Below are positions 1 to 13,639 of a stretch of DNA of 64,000 nucleotides, one piece after another. Location: the NCBI RefSeq assembly GCF_006345805.1, contig NC_043000.1, positions 135,966,001 through 136,030,000 of the forward strand, given 5' to 3'. The position numbers were made by a program, and so were the translations under genes. Below the pieces are notes generated by a model. It did not search any database, was not told the origin of the DNA, and was given only the letters and a program-made list of their open reading frames with translations. The number at the start of each line of letters is the position of its first letter. The first letter of the stretch is position 1. Source of the stretch: Octopus sinensis (lineage: Eukaryota).

Positions 1-59
1 TAGACTTTTTAAAAACTTTGTTTCTTATTTTATTATCTTTGAGGAAGGAAGATTGGTAG

Positions 60-790
60 AATCGTTAGATTACAGAGTCCATGAATGAGGAACACTGCCA
101 AATGTTTATTTGTTAATCAGAACATGTTATACTCCATTGCCTGCAGTTTTCGGTTATAATTTGTTCATCAGTAATTAATCTTTACAACCATATGAAATTT
201 TGTAGCAGTACATGTATTCTTTGGAAAGATTATTTTTTCTGATAATTATTTATTGTTTTCGATATTGTAGCATTCAAAGCCTTATACATTTATAAGTTTG
301 TAGATTTGAAATCAGCTGTTTCATTAGTATTGGAGAATATGATGGTTTTCCCAGATGATGTGATTTTTCCCACTTGAAAAGGTTAACTAATTGTTACCGC
401 ATTTCATATGTTAATCAGAAGTTTAGAACGTCCACTTTTACCGTTCTGGTGTTGTTATTGCTTCTTGCAATTAATGAGATGGTGCTGTACTTATTTTCAA
501 GAGACACGGTGCTTGGAGATTCATTTGCTATCGATATTCCTCTCCCGAATTCTTTTCCAGCTGTTGGCATTGAATTGATTTTTGATTTTGTTTTTACGTA
601 ATTCTTGGAAAAAATGTTTTTCATTGAACTTAAATTGTTTGTTCTCTTCAAAGAATCGCCGCCGTTTATCATAACGACGGACTGTTTGAAGTTAAGCACA
701 CATGACTTGTTTTAATTCTTTGATTTCAGGTAGTTTCTGTTTGTTTATTTATTATTTTTGTACAATTTGTATCTTCCTTAGTCTCCAGTT
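60..790 (-). pseudogene. Decayed non-LTR retrotransposon RT fragment, R4/Dong-like
   Basis: Manual minus-strand translation across frameshifts gives VRRYDKRRRFFEENKQFKFNEKHFFQEL, GKTIIFSNTNETADFK...MYKALNATIS, ITDEQIITENCRQ and FGSVPHSW. These match the R4-clade pre-RT and RT motifs (RRY..R..F.QN..F; MYK.L; FDSVPHSW). Many stops. Confidence 0.6.
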
Positions 791-1175
791 ATTGATATCA
801 TTAAAGATTCAGTGAGAATATATTTTGATTTCTGTCCGTCACTGCATGCTTGTTTTCTACGTCATCTGAGGGAGTTTAGACGTTCCAATATGGGTCATTT
901 TGCTGAAATACAAACTTTCATTATTTCGCTGCTGGTGCATATATTGTTTCATTTATAGTTGTGATATGGATGTTGACATCTATTTCCAGTAAGTATAAAT
1001 GGTTATGTACGTGTTTTTATTGGGGCTACTATTTTAACGGTAAAGATTTACTTGGGAGAGTGCTTTGCATCGCTCCATTTGCATCGCTACAATTGGTAAC
1101 AATAGCATTGAGAGCATTTGCAACGCAAGTCTGTACCGGATATAAAGTAAAAAGTATTGAACTTACACATATATA

Positions 1176-1585
1176 GGCGCAGGAGTGGCTGTGTGGTAAG
1201 TAGCTTGTTTACCAACCACATGGTTCCGGGTTCAGTCCTACTGCGTGGCACCTTGGGCAAGTGTCTTCTACTATAGCCTCGGGCCGACCAAAGCCTTGTG
1301 ATTGGATTTGGTAGACGGAAACTGAAAGAAGCCCGTCGTATATATGTATATATATATGTATGTGTGCTGTATGTTTGTGTGTCTGTGCTTTTCCCCCTAG
1401 CATTGCTTGACAACTGATGCTGGTGTGTTTATGACCCCGTAACTTAGCGGTTCGGTAAAAGAGACCGATAGAATAAGTACTGGGCTTACAAAGAATAAGT
1501 CTCGGGGTCGAGTTGCTCGATTAAAGGCGGTGCTCCAGCATGGTTGCAGTCAAATGACTGAAACAAGTAAAAGAGTAAAAGAGTA
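1176..1585 (+). mobile_element. tRNA-derived SINE, family A, full length with internal (TA)n/(TG)n
   Basis: Head with A box TGGCTGTGTGG and B box GGTTCAGTCC, shared body, and (AAAAGAGT)n tail. Many homologous copies in the window. Confidence 0.9.
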
Positions 1586-1739
1586 TATAGATTTCAACAT
1601 TTTCCTTGCTTGTTTTGAAAATATTCTTCGACATTATTTTTTTCTTCGAGGGGTTTTTGTCTAGTGAAATAACAATACTTCTCAGTGAGAAAGCAATATA
1701 TTTCTTTATGTATTGCATGTATTGCACAGAAGGGTGTTG

Positions 1740-2150
1740 CTATAACAACCAGCTAGCTTCCTGTAGCTCCTTTCTATTGTTGATCTTGGGTTTCTTTTCA
1801 TGTATGAGGATAGCCTCAAAGATTCTAAGGTTGCCCCTGTTCCGCTGTGTTGCCTTGATGTGCACTGGGAATTCCCGAGTCTGGCATTTCCGTAGATGTT
1901 TCTTTACGGAAGTATCTGCCTGCATGTGTTCCTTTAATGCAAAATTCAGGGTCATAGATGGGGCATTTCCACAATGTGCACTCCTCAGAATAGTGAGGTG
2001 TGTTGATCTTGGACAGAGCTTTTCTCAGAGAAGGGCCGGCGTGTTGTATCGCTGCAGTTGTTCTGTCGTCAAGAGTGATAGATTTAAGAAGCACTTACCA
2101 GACTTGGGAGTATGTTGGTTCTTCCGGTGTGTATTGATCTTGAGGTTCTT
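1740..2150 (-). pseudogene. Penelope-like GIY-YIG endonuclease C-terminal remnant
   Basis: ORF 1740-1955(-): LKEHMQADTSVKKHLRKC...LRIFEAILIHEKKPKINNRKE fits the PLE EN tail pattern (EH...S.V..HL..C...EA..I...KP.IN.R.E). Confidence 0.6.
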
Positions 2151-2154
2151 CAGG

Positions 2155-2237
2155 CACTTGCCCAAGGTGCCACGCAGTGGGACTGAACCAGGAACCATGT
2201 GGTTGGTAAGCAAGCTACCTACCACACAGCCACTCGC
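2155..2237 (-). mobile_element. SINE family A head fragment
   Basis: Reverse complement of the family A tRNA-like head. Confidence 0.8.
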
Positions 2238-2673
2238 TATTTTCCAACAAGCTAAATCAACGATACAACTGCACATTTTTATTTCAATAAAACCCTTTTC
2301 TGCAACATTTTTGTAAAGCTTCTCTTTAAAACTACAAGTTTTCAATTAATTTATCTAAACGGAAATTTCCGCAACATCAGCCTAAATTCGGAATATCCTT
2401 CTAAAGCTCGGTGTTTATATTTTTAGATCTTTAATTAATCGCTATCCTTCAATTGCTAAATCGTTGTAAAATATTTTCAGTGAATCCTTGTATTAATCAA
2501 GACTGAGATGGCATTTGTGTCACAAATTCTAAAGGATTCTGTATTGAAATCTCTTTGAAGATTAAATAGGAAAAGAATAACAAAGAAAAATTCATAAACA
2601 TAACATAGAAATCTGAGTAGGTGTTCAAGATAATTTTAAAAACATAGCTCGTTTTGAGAAAGACTATCCCCTC

Positions 2674-2705
<32 letters not shown>

Positions 2706-2734
2706 TGTATGTATGTATGTATATCTAAACATGT

Positions 2735-2766
<32 letters not shown>

Positions 2767-2868
2767 GGTGCTCTAGCATGGCTGCAGTCAAATGACTGAA
2801 ACAAATAAAAGAATATATATGCGTATGCGTGCTTGTGTATGTGTATTTATACATACAGCAATATGTTA

Positions 2869-2951
<83 letters not shown>

Positions 2952-2955
2952 ATTT

Positions 2956-2986
<31 letters not shown>

Positions 2987-3148
2987 CACCCATACATAAA
3001 TAATTAAATGAGGTAGCTAGTTAGCAGAGTTTCGCCAAAAATGAAAACAGTAAATGTCATTAAATATGATTTAGGGTGTTACAACACCTGCACTGCTAGA
3101 AAGAAGAGCTCTTATTTCTGGCAGTGTAGATCTTCTCACACCCGCAGC

Positions 3149-3179
<31 letters not shown>

Positions 3180-3189
3180 ATGTATATAT

Positions 3190-3412
3190 ATAGTTAATCC
3201 AAACATGAAAACACAAAGAGAAAAGACAACAATGCGAGGACGTGGAACAAGTATAGTGTTATTGGACGCTCAGGAAAGGAAAGAAAGAAGGATGATTTAA
3301 CGTTTCGAGCGGAGCACTTCGTCAGAAACATTGGAAAAGGAAAGATCTAAGAAAGGGAAGACGGAGGAAAAGAAAAATCGCCAACGATATACATGCGGTC
3401 ACATTTTGAATG
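3190..3412 (-). mobile_element. Family P non-autonomous repeat (~210 bp, Penelope pLTR-derived) carrying an HHR-like motif
   Basis: Homologous to 41905-42116, 50155-50355 and 55888-56030. Ends in GGATTAAC(TA)n. Confidence 0.75.
3295..3329 (-). ncRNA. Minimal hammerhead ribozyme-like motif (family P)
   Basis: gttt-CTGACGAA-gtgc tcc gctc-GAAA-cgt-t/aaat; canonical CUGANGA plus an extra A, one stem II mismatch. Confidence 0.5.
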
Positions 3413-3423
3413 GACCGCGTGTG

Positions 3424-3457
<34 letters not shown>

Positions 3458-3635
3458 CAGATGTATATCTATATGTATGTGTGTATAGGCATATGCACAC
3501 ACATATATGCTTTTCCGTTGAGGTCTCGTCGATAAGCCACTGGCTTGCGTAATCTTCACTGTATGGTCTTAAGTTGGATGATTATAAATGTAAAGTGCCT
3601 TTGGTGTAACGGTTAGTACAGATATACATCACATA

Positions 3636-3866
3636 CCTATTTCATTACTACCCACAAGGGGCTAAACGCAGAGGGGACAAACAAGGACAGACAAACAGAT
3701 TAAGTCGATTATATCGACCCCAGTGCGTCACTGGTACTTATTTAATCGACCCCCGAAAGGATGAAAGGCAAAGTCAACCTCGGCGGAATTTGAACTCAGA
3801 ACGTAACGGCAGACGAAATACCGCTAAGCATTTCGCCCGGCGTGCTAACGATTCTGCCAGCTCGCC
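3636..3866 (-). mobile_element. tRNA-derived SINE, family C
   Basis: Head GGCGAGCTGGCAGAATCG...GAGTTCAAATTCC (A and B boxes) and 3' end CCCCTTGTGGGTAGTAATGAAATAGG. Multiple copies in the window. Confidence 0.88.
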
Positions 3867-4380
3867 GGATACAATGTTCTAATCTTAAAAGTGATGATAT
3901 AACTTCACACACACACACACATACACACATTTAGGTCAGTAGTTCATTTATCCGAAAAGTGGCACACTCTAAAACATTAAAGCAATAATATTTAGAATGT
4001 TGTTTGTTATGGCCGGTCAGAGAGTGACCATTGGTTTCGGACCTATAAAGCACTTAGCTATATAGGCGACTTGTCTAACACAAATAATATTTGGGCAAAA
4101 AGCCGTTGAATTCAGTGGTGTCAGATCTCTTGAAAGGAATGATATGCTCATTAAATATTTCTGTCTAGGTTTTGTGACATGATGCCTTTTCTTTCAAGTG
4201 AAATATGGTAGACACATGTAGCCTTCTCCTTCACAAGTTCGATGTAGGTGATAACAGGTTCATGGGATCAACTAATAAATGGGGAAAGCGTAAGGAAGTT
4301 TAAAATTCACATTAACACCTGGAACAAGCAAAAAGAGCCGGCAAAAATAATCTATTCAAAGAACAAGTAACCTCATTTAA

Positions 4381-4590
4381 CCCTTTAGTAAACCGGCCAT
4401 ATCCGGCCCAAATATTGAACCTGTTCAAACTGGCCGGATCTGGTTTTGCGCACTTATCCTACAATGCCATTCTAAGAATAAGCAATCACATCCTCAAAAT
4501 TTCAATGCTACGATGTTTTTGCATGTTTAATTCAGAACAATGTGGATAAATAAGCATTACATTTGACAGAATAATTTGAATACTAAAGGG
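4381..4590. mobile_element. piggyBac-type MITE
   Basis: TTAA on both sides (4377-4380, 4591-4594) and perfect TIRs CCCTTTAGTA/TACTAAAGGG. TTAA TSD with CCC termini is the piggyBac signature. Confidence 0.75.
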
Positions 4591-7124
4591 TTAAGGGAAA
4601 AACCAATTACATACCCCATGTTGTTGTGAAGCCACAGTTTAGCCTTGATGAAGCTGTCCTATGGCACACAGGCAGCCTGCCAAATTACGAAGCGTGATTT
4701 GCAGTTTCATTTTCCTTATTATGATATATCTCTTACTACATGATGTTTCTCATGCAGTATCATGTGAAGGAAGATCTCTTCTTTGAGCTGTATTGAGTGT
4801 AGAATCACAAATTTGTGTCTTTCAGCAACTGCGTGTACAGAAAAAGCTGTTACTGATTAGGTAACCATGTTGATATATAACTCGCTAATCACTGATTGGT
4901 TAGGAATTAATTTGATTACTTCATCTATCAAGTAAGTAAATCGCGTGCTTGAGTTTGTGTTGCCAGTAAGATACAGAAAATTAGTTCACACTTTAATAGG
5001 AGAGATTCACTGCAAAGCTATCACGACTTCAATAATATAACTGTTCGCGTAGATGAAGTCTGCTGGTGAAATTGTTATACTTAATGCAGTATTCAAACGG
5101 TTATTCATTATTTTGCATTTTTGCATTTCAGCAGTATATATAGGGTTAATATATTGCCATATTATTGATATGACAAATAATGTCATAGAATTGATATATT
5201 TTTACCACGTTAATAATTGTTAGTAACTCAGGTATGGCTACTACTTATGAGAGGAGTGGAATAGCTAATTACAAGACCCCAGTTCTTGACAAGGACTTTA
5301 TTTTACTGACACCGAAAGGGTAAAAGTCTAAGTTGTCTCGGACGTGATTTGAACTCAGAAATGTAAAGAACCAGAAGAAATTCTGCAGGTCACTTTATTT
5401 CACGCTCTAACGATTCTATCAATCCTCCTCTCTTTGGCATGTCAATAATAGCGCATTGTTTAATTAATAGACAAAATAAACAAGATATCAGTTCAAAGAT
5501 TTACAAACACAGCTTTAAACTGAGGAGACCACGATTAGATGATTTACCTTTGTTTGTCATGAAATTAGCTCAAAGTAAAATCCTGAAGACCATTAATGCT
5601 TAATTTAAAAGAGATAATACATTAAGGAAGCTTTTGATTGCTTTCTACTTGAAAAAATATATAGAAGTAAACAGCAAATAATAGGTTTTGTGTTCCACAT
5701 ATAAGCATTTCATTTACAAAGGAAAAATAAAAAAAAGCAAAAATATAAAGAAAAACTAACTAAACTAACTTCATATTAATTAAATCATATTTCGGTAAGT
5801 TTTATGGTATTTATTTACAAAAGTAGAATAAATTCATGTACAGACAGTTCTTTGTTTTGTAAGAACTTGTTCAAATGAATCTGAATGAAAGAAAAATGTT
5901 ACATGCAACACTAGTCCGATATCTGTCTTGGCAAATTAACTATTACTGATTATAATAGATCAATGAAATAAATACCAGTCATACATATACGCAATCTGAA
6001 CCGATATAACGTTTCATGCACACTAGATTTTAATCAATTAAATCAAAACTTCAAATTGTGATTTAACGATCTATTTTCTTTTATAATACTGTCAGATCGT
6101 GTGGTATTAAATAATTATGTTTTTGACAGTTTATGTGATACATGGTGTATATTAACTGGGAAGTAGTTACTTAGTAAGTAAATAATAACCAACTAAACTG
6201 ATGACATGATGTTTCTGGCGATTTGTCAACGTCACAAAACAACAACTATTATAATCTATCTTATATTTAGAAATAACAAATAAGTTTTAAAATGAATGAC
6301 AAAATTATACATTTATATTGATAGTAGTCAATGAGAGTAAATAGTAACTGAGAAGACAAGATAGATATTCAACATTTCACAATGACAACACAAAAACATC
6401 AATATTGTACAGCAATTGCCAAGTAGGGAGGTTTAACCTTATGAGAAAAATACTCTTGAGATTTTTCTAGAATTCCCATAACTAAACTTATCCATAGATA
6501 ATTACTTTCTAATGATGTATGAGTCATATATGGTTCAGAGAATTTTGACACTTCAGTTCTGGTCACATAATCAATTCTTGTCTGACCAAATATATAGCAG
6601 TTATTTTTAAATATTTTTTTCTTGCAAATGACTGACTAGTGAGTGTTTTATTTTCTTTCACATACTATTAACTGTAGGTCAAAGTAGCACCAATGCCTGG
6701 TTTGCTGTCATAACAACATTTTTAATTTATTCATGCCACACAAAGGCAAAAAGCAATATATTTATATCAAAGTGAAACGAAATTTTGTGACATTAATCCT
6801 TTTCCAAGAAATATTTGCAGTGTAAATGTGATCATTGTTATTTGTAAATTTTGCGGTATATTAGTATCAGAACTATATTTTAGTCATTTATTTACATTGA
6901 AATGGTAAATATATATTCAACCATAAATATATAGGGAATATCATTAATTTTCACGAATAAATATTTGCTTCTTTTTATTAGACATGCTCAGTAAACCCCA
7001 CCCTATCAAAAAAAAATAATAATAATAATAATAATATTCGTAGAGTTTCAATGGCTATGTTATTTAGTGACAGGTAACAAAACTAATATTCATGAAATTA
7101 AACCTTAATATTAGTCCTTGCAAA

Positions 7125-7590
7125 GGCGGTGAACAAACAGAATCATTACCGCGCCGGACAAATTACTTTACAGCATTTCTTCTTACTTTACGCTCTGAAT
7201 TCAAATGCTGCCGGGGGTCATCTTTGCCTGTTTTGTCCTTTCGTGGTCGATGAAATAAGTACCAGTTGAGCACTGGGTTCGATGTAATCGACTTACCCAC
7301 TACCCCGAAACTGCTGGCCTTATGCCAAAATTTGAAACCAATGTCAGTCATTAAGACGGTGACGCGGATGAATCGTTAGCATGCCCTGAAAAATTCTTAG
7401 CGGCATTTTGTCCATCTTTACGTTCTGGGTTCAACTTCGTTAGAGGTCCAATTTTAGTTTTTATCCTTTCATCATTGCATTGGTATTTGTTTCAGCTCCC
7501 TTATGTTCTGAGTTCAAATTCTGTGGAGTTCAATTTTGCCTTTTTTCCTTTCAGAATCGATAGAATAAAGTACCAGTCAAGTACTGGGCA
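7125..7590 (+). mobile_element. Two adjacent diverged SINE family C copies
   Basis: Two degenerate GGCG..CTGGCAGAATC heads, each followed by the GATAAAATAAGTACCAG core. Confidence 0.6.
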
Positions 7591-8367
7591 CTGGGCCTAC
7601 ACAATCGCCTAACTTACCGTTATATAATTTTGACCTTATGCATCAATTAGAAATTATTAAAGATGATGATAAAATGTGTAGCAGCATTTCTTATTTCGTT
7701 ACTGCCCACAAGGGGCTACACATAGACGGAACAAACAAGGACAGACAAACGGCTTAAGTCAATTATATCGAAAGAAATACTGTGTAGTAGTATTTCTTTC
7801 GGATCTTTGTCTTCCGAGTTTGTGTCCTACCGAAGTCTACTTTGGCTTTCGTCCCTCCGGAGTCTATAAAGTAGTGCTAATCATGTAGCGAGCTTGATTT
7901 AATCGACTAACATCCTCCAGTCACGTTCTGACCTTGTGCCTAATTTAGGAAAATATTTTGTATTCCTCCAAGGGATTAAATAATTGTCTGTAGGGGATAA
8001 AAAAAATAAAGCATCTAAATCTAAGTATACTTGCAAATGTCCACATGGTAGGTCTAATGATACCTTGCAAGTCAAAGCTGAAAAATAGATATGAAAAGTG
8101 ACGAATACGCGTGATACATCAGTCAGTTTTCGGTGGCAGTGACTCAAGCCTAGACACATCAATTGATGTCGGCTACGAATCATTAATCCGTACTTTGCTA
8201 TAAAACAACGATATACTAACTTTAGCTGGGTACCCCATTAGTAGTTGTGGGCTTACATGTTCTCACCAGCACTAATCTTCTGCTTTGCCCTTACTCCTTA
8301 CGTCCTTATCTGAATCACCCTGATTTGTTTCCACCTCTCTCACCTCCTTTTAATAAATTTTCCTAGA

Positions 8368-8757
8368 CTGGATGGAAGCACTCCGTCGGTTACGACGACG
8401 AGGGTTCCGGTTGATCTGATCAACAGAACAGCCTGCTCGTGAAATTAACGTGTAAGTGGCTGAGCACTCCACAGACACGTGTACCCTTAACGTAGTTCTC
8501 GGGGATATTCAGCGTGACACAGAGAGTGACAAGGCCGGCCCTTTGAAATACAGGTACAACAGAAACAGGAAGAAAGAGTGAGAGAAAGTTGTGGTGAAAG
8601 AGTACAGCAGGGATCACCACCATCCCCTGCCGGAGCCTCGTGGAGCTTTTAGGTGTTTTCGCTCAATAAACACTCACAACGCCCGGTCTGGGAATCGAAA
8701 CCGCGATCCTACGACCGCGAGTCCGCTGCCCTAACCACAGGGCCATTGCGCCCCCAC
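8368..8757 (-). mobile_element. tRNA-derived SINE family B (body 1 + tail 1) with 9-bp TSD
   Basis: Head GCGCAATGGCCC.GTGGTTAGGG...GGTTTCGATTCCC and tail ...CGTCGTCGTAACCGACGGAGTG. TSD TTTCCTAGA at 8359-8367 and 8758-8766. Confidence 0.9.
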
Positions 8758-9384
8758 TTTCCTAGAAACTACCGCTTGAATTATTTGATTTTATTATTGA
8801 ATTTGACACAATCACATCCAAGCTTTCTCTCTCGTTCTTTCTTCCGTATTTTTTTTCTTCATTCATTCCTCCAGCAATCAGTAAAATGTTATACACATTT
8901 CATGTTACTGGCTTCCCGCTATAATTTAAAAGATAGGATAGATCATGCACACTCGCACATACATATATACATACATACACATTTGTACACGCTTGCACAC
9001 ACACACGCACGCACACACACAAGCAGTGAAGATTATCTCTAATAGGATGTCCTCCAAGCTAAAACTATTTTATTAATATTATCCTTCGCTGTAAGAAAGA
9101 TATGATTTTTGATAATATCAGTGTAAGTCTGAAGCATAAAAGCAAAGAGAAAGAAAAGCAAGTGATAGACGGTAACACACAACAAACATGTCCTTACATG
9201 ATACGAGTATTACTTCTAAAGTGGTGGATATTTATCCTTGGAAACTGGAATATCTACTGAAGAACAATCAGAAAACCTAAGTTCATTGAGACCTTAGAAC
9301 GAAACTGCTGATCATGTACTATTCCCCAATATATCACACTTCAATATGAATAGAATAACACTACTCAAAAGCAAGCTATGAAAA

Positions 9385-9780
9385 AGACTCTTTTACTCTT
9401 TTACTTGTTTCAGTCATTTTGATTGCGGCCATGCTGGAGCACCGCCTTTAGTCGAGCAAGTCGACCCCAGGACTTATTCCTTGTAAGCCTAGTACTTATT
9501 CTGTCGGTCTCTCTTGCCGAACCGCTAAGTTACGGGGACGTAAACACACCAGCATCGGTTGTCAAGCGATGTTGGGGGGACAAACACACACACACACATA
9601 TATATATATACATATACATATATACGACGGGATTCTTTCAGTTTCTGTCTATCAAATCCACTCACAAGGCTTTGGTGGACCCGAGGTTATAGTAGAAAAC
9701 ACTTTCCCAAGATGCCACGCAGTGGGACTGAACCCGGAACCATGTGGTTGGTAAGCAAGCTACTTACTACACAACCACTG
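9385..9780 (-). mobile_element. SINE family A
   Basis: Near full-length reverse complement of 1176-1585. Confidence 0.88.
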
Positions 9781-9789
9781 CTGAATAGC

Positions 9790-12060
9790 AGGGATAGATT
9801 TAAGAGAAAGAAATGCAGAAAATAATTTTAAAATATGGAAAAGATATATATACCCTTGCTTGAAACATTTCAAAGCAAGAATGAGTGGCAAACATTTTCG
9901 GGTAGCATCTTTAAATACAGAGACTACAAAGGCGAAATGTATGGGTGGGAATGAGTTGTCTGGAACGTCAAAAAAAAGCCAAAGTCATATTTTGTTTAGT
10001 ATGTCGAATCTTTGGAAAAAGCAGACATAATGAACATAATGATAATTAACAACAAAGAATCTATGGTCTACCTTAGAAAAATGAAGAGAATTATTTAACG
10101 AAATTCCGGACCGCGAACGTAGTAACTATCATAAAGTGAATAATACAACATAGTAAGCGCTTTAATAAATATTTCATTCCAGCATTTGTATCGAATATGT
10201 TCTGCATGAACAAAGTGTAGCAGAGAAGGATAACTAGAGTAATATTTTACACCGTGTAATTACCGTTACTTTTTTTGTGAAGGTTGAAAGAATATTGACA
10301 TTCTGTGGTACTTCTCACCTGATTGCAATGTTCAAATTGGTAGCCTTCTTAGGCTTGTTGAGTTTTATCTCAATAGGATACCGTACTAAAAACCCATACC
10401 AGGAAATTCAAAGAAAGCCAGAACAAAAGAAAAAAATGTTGCAAGTACATTATTTGTTAGCTGAATCACAAACTGAAATCATTTCTTTTTGCTTCAGTCT
10501 TGTTAATCTCTGAAAGATCGAAGGCAAAATATGTTCAATAATAGTTGATGCGACCCCTGATTCCATACATGTCGAACAGACAACATTTATCATGTTACTT
10601 TGTGCGTTTACGATTCAAGAGAGATATCTACTTTTCTAGACTTTTGTGAGAAAACAAGTACTGAGATTGGAAACCTGATAAAAGAAACATTGAAAATTTC
10701 CTTGGAAGACTTGCAGGGGTCAATAATATGACAATGGTTCCCAAATAGTATCCAAGTACAAGTGAGTACAAAGGATATTTGATTAAAATCATGTCGCTAT
10801 TTTCTCACCATGTAGATGCTTTATACTGAATTTGTGTGGTACAGATTCAACAGCGTAGTTATCTTAGTCAGAACTATTAAACGTCTCTATAATATATTTA
10901 CTTATGGTCCAAAAGTTGATAAATCCTGACACTCGCGGGCTTTCAATCACTTCTCGCGTATCAAATACCCTGAGTCTGTGTGAAATCATTTGTATGAAGT
11001 CTCAATGGTATTACATTTACCCAATAGTATTTTCTACAACCCGATACGGAATGTCAGACGCGAATTTTCAGGAGCTAATATATAAATGTTCTCGTTGAGA
11101 TGAATAGCCATGTCACTCATCCGGTTCAACACTATATCTTCCATTAGCACCATTGTATTGCAGACAGGAAGTAGCACTGTTGGTATTGAAAAGCTCATCG
11201 AAATCTTGCAGAAACTGCGAGATCAATTTGATATTCTACTTACAACAAATTGAAATGAATCTGCAAATGAATGAAAGAAAGTGAAATTGTCTTTTTTGAG
11301 AACTGATCAAATGATAAAACTTGACAATGTGGATCCTGACATACAAAATCATTATTTCGGATAGCATTTTTTCTAATTGTCGATTAAATAATCGTGGGGT
11401 CTAACAAAACCATTAGAAGCTACAAACAAGTTTCTGGCATTCTGTCATTTCTCTGACAATATCTGTAAGAAGGATTGAATGGCATTTTCAAAAGTCTACA
11501 ATGCTGATGGGAATCATAAAAAATTTCAAAGACAGCTAAATTCAGGAACTGCATTCATAAGCCCATGTTTTTCTTCCCCCTCCCCAATAAAATACACAGT
11601 TACAGTTGGAAAATATCATTCCAAATTTGGGTTCATAATTCATGCTTTTTGCTATGATGCCTGCAATCGCATCCTCAGTAGAAAAAATTTTTTTTGGTAA
11701 GCTTTTAAACTTCATGTTCATTTGTAGCTGACGTTGACGCCCTATTTATTATTAACATTTCATTCTCGATAAACAACTTCTCAGAAGAAACATGTCACCA
11801 TATCATCTGATAACTTTTGCACGACTCCTGATTTTCATCACTCTGGATTTTTCACATGATGGTTTCAACGGAAGTCGCAACTACCATTAAATAAACATAA
11901 ACCGATAAAGAAATGTTGCAGAACAAACATGGATTATTTGACGATCTTAACTCGCTTTCACATCAAATCGGAATTTTGTTGAAATATTGATTTCAGATAT
12001 ATCATACAAATCTTTGCACATAAGAAGGTACGCAAAACACTTCCGAAAAAGCGGAAACCT
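9790..12060 (+). pseudogene. Decayed hAT-superfamily transposase (Tip100/ZMYM1-like)
   Basis: In order: IFCLVCRIF (zinc finger), LQVHYLLAESQTEII, SIIVDATPDSIHVEQTTFI, CRGQ.YDNG-like, FSPC...LNLCG, and C-terminal FAHKKVRK (hATC-like end). Many stops and frameshifts. Confidence 0.8.
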
Positions 12061-12991
12061 ACTTAGTCATTATATGATAGAGATAAATAATTAAAATTAC
12101 AGTTTTTTTTAAATAAAATTCTTTGCTAATTGCCTTAAATTACACAGAAAATACACAGAAATTACACAGAAAATAATTCTTTTGAAGACCCGGAGAACGG
12201 AATATTCTATTTAATTACTTTATTCTTTTACTTGTTTTTGTCATTTGACTGGGGCCATGCTGGAGCACCGTCGTTTTGGTGAAGAAAATGGCACTTTTAC
12301 AAATAGATTAGAAAATTAAGAAATGTAGGTGAAGAAAAATACAAACATTATATAAACAATTCTAGGTAGAAAACTATAGCCTTAAAATAAGTCAATGTAC
12401 TATTATGAGCCGCTTTGAGAACTTTCTTTACACCCCCCTAACAATTTCTCAGTAAAGAGCTAAATTAATTTCAGCGAGCCGCGGCATGCTTTGCGATATA
12501 AATCTGATATAATAAATATTATTCGATGTCATGGGTTGTTAGCCATCAACTTGGAATCGAATAGCGTCGTACTCGGAGTGCCTCAAGCAACTTCTGAAGA
12601 AATTAGCTAAATTTTTAAAAATTGGCAATCGTAACTGTTTGTAGAAAAACTGTTGGACGAAACGAAATTCTGTTAGATGTACAATATTTTTTTTCCTTCT
12701 ACCAAACTTCATTTATTATTTATGAATCCCTTAGTCATTGGAGATGATCTGCTAAAATAACGGAAAATTTAAAACAATGGCAATTCAAAAGAAAGAAAAT
12801 AATATTTTGCCACGATATCAAAGTGCACATATACGCACAAGACTTGGAAGAATAATGAAGTAATTAATTCTAAGTATTCATTATGGCTTCACGCAAAATC
12901 GGAATGGCGCTAAATAAATATTATTATTACACACATGTGAGTGAGAACACTTTGAGATATTTTTGATATCTAACATATGTCAGATACTGCG

Positions 12992-13095
12992 AGCGCTGCT
13001 TCTGATTGGTCAACCCATGGTGATGACCCGAGGTCACGGTGACAGCGCTGCTTCTGATTGGTCAATATATGGTGATGACCCGAGGTCACGGTGAC
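12992..13095. repeat. 52-bp direct repeat, two copies
   Basis: AGCGCTGCTTCTGATTGGTCAA....TGGTGATGACCCGAGGTCACGGTGAC at 12992 and 13044; 3 differences. Confidence 0.9.
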
Positions 13096-13195
13096 GGCGC
13101 TACTTTTGTCATTCATAAGTTACAACTAAACGTGAAGAATTTAGTTATTGGGTTAATAAAATATGGTCGTTTATTCGTGTGTAATAAATAAAATA

Positions 13196-13330
13196 CCAAA
13201 CTCATTCCCTATGGATACCGTATTTATTACAACTCGTGGCTTGTAAACGTATCTAACTCGATTTCGCTCGTTAGATACGTTTACAAGCCACTCGTTGTAA
13301 TAAATACGGTATCCATAGGGAATGAGTTTG
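13196..13330. repeat. ~64-bp near-perfect inverted repeat (hairpin)
   Basis: CCAAACTCATTCCCTATGGATACCG...ATCTAAC pairs with GTTAGAT...CGGTATCCATAGGGAATGAGTTTGG. Confidence 0.92.
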
Positions 13331-13360
13331 GAATTCTCTATTTATTAAACATATGCTTAA

Positions 13361-13575
13361 GGTGGCGAGCTGGCTGAATCGTTAGCACACCAGGCGAAAT
13401 GCTTAGCGACATTTCGGCCGTTTTCCGTTCGGAGTTTAAATTCCACCGAGTTCGATTTTGCTTTTCATTCTTTCGGAATCAATAAAATAAGTACCAGTTG
13501 AGCACTGAGATCAATGTAATTGATTCAATGCCTCTTACAAAACAGCTGGCTCTGTGCCAAAATTTGAAACCATTA
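13361..13575 (+). mobile_element. SINE family C
   Basis: Family C head and core motifs. Confidence 0.8.
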
Positions 13576-13639
13576 TTAAGCATATACACTGATATCTGCC
13601 GCTCGAAAAGACGCAATCATGTAACCTTTCCGCAATTTT

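Noticed and set aside
140-180. CTGATGA...GAAA on the minus strand as a hammerhead
   Set aside because: Stems I and II do not pair, and the bases belong to the RT-coding relic (ITDEQ).
1606-2316. 236-aa plus-strand ORF
   Set aside because: It is antisense to a Penelope EN remnant and runs into a SINE head, with no coherent protein motif.
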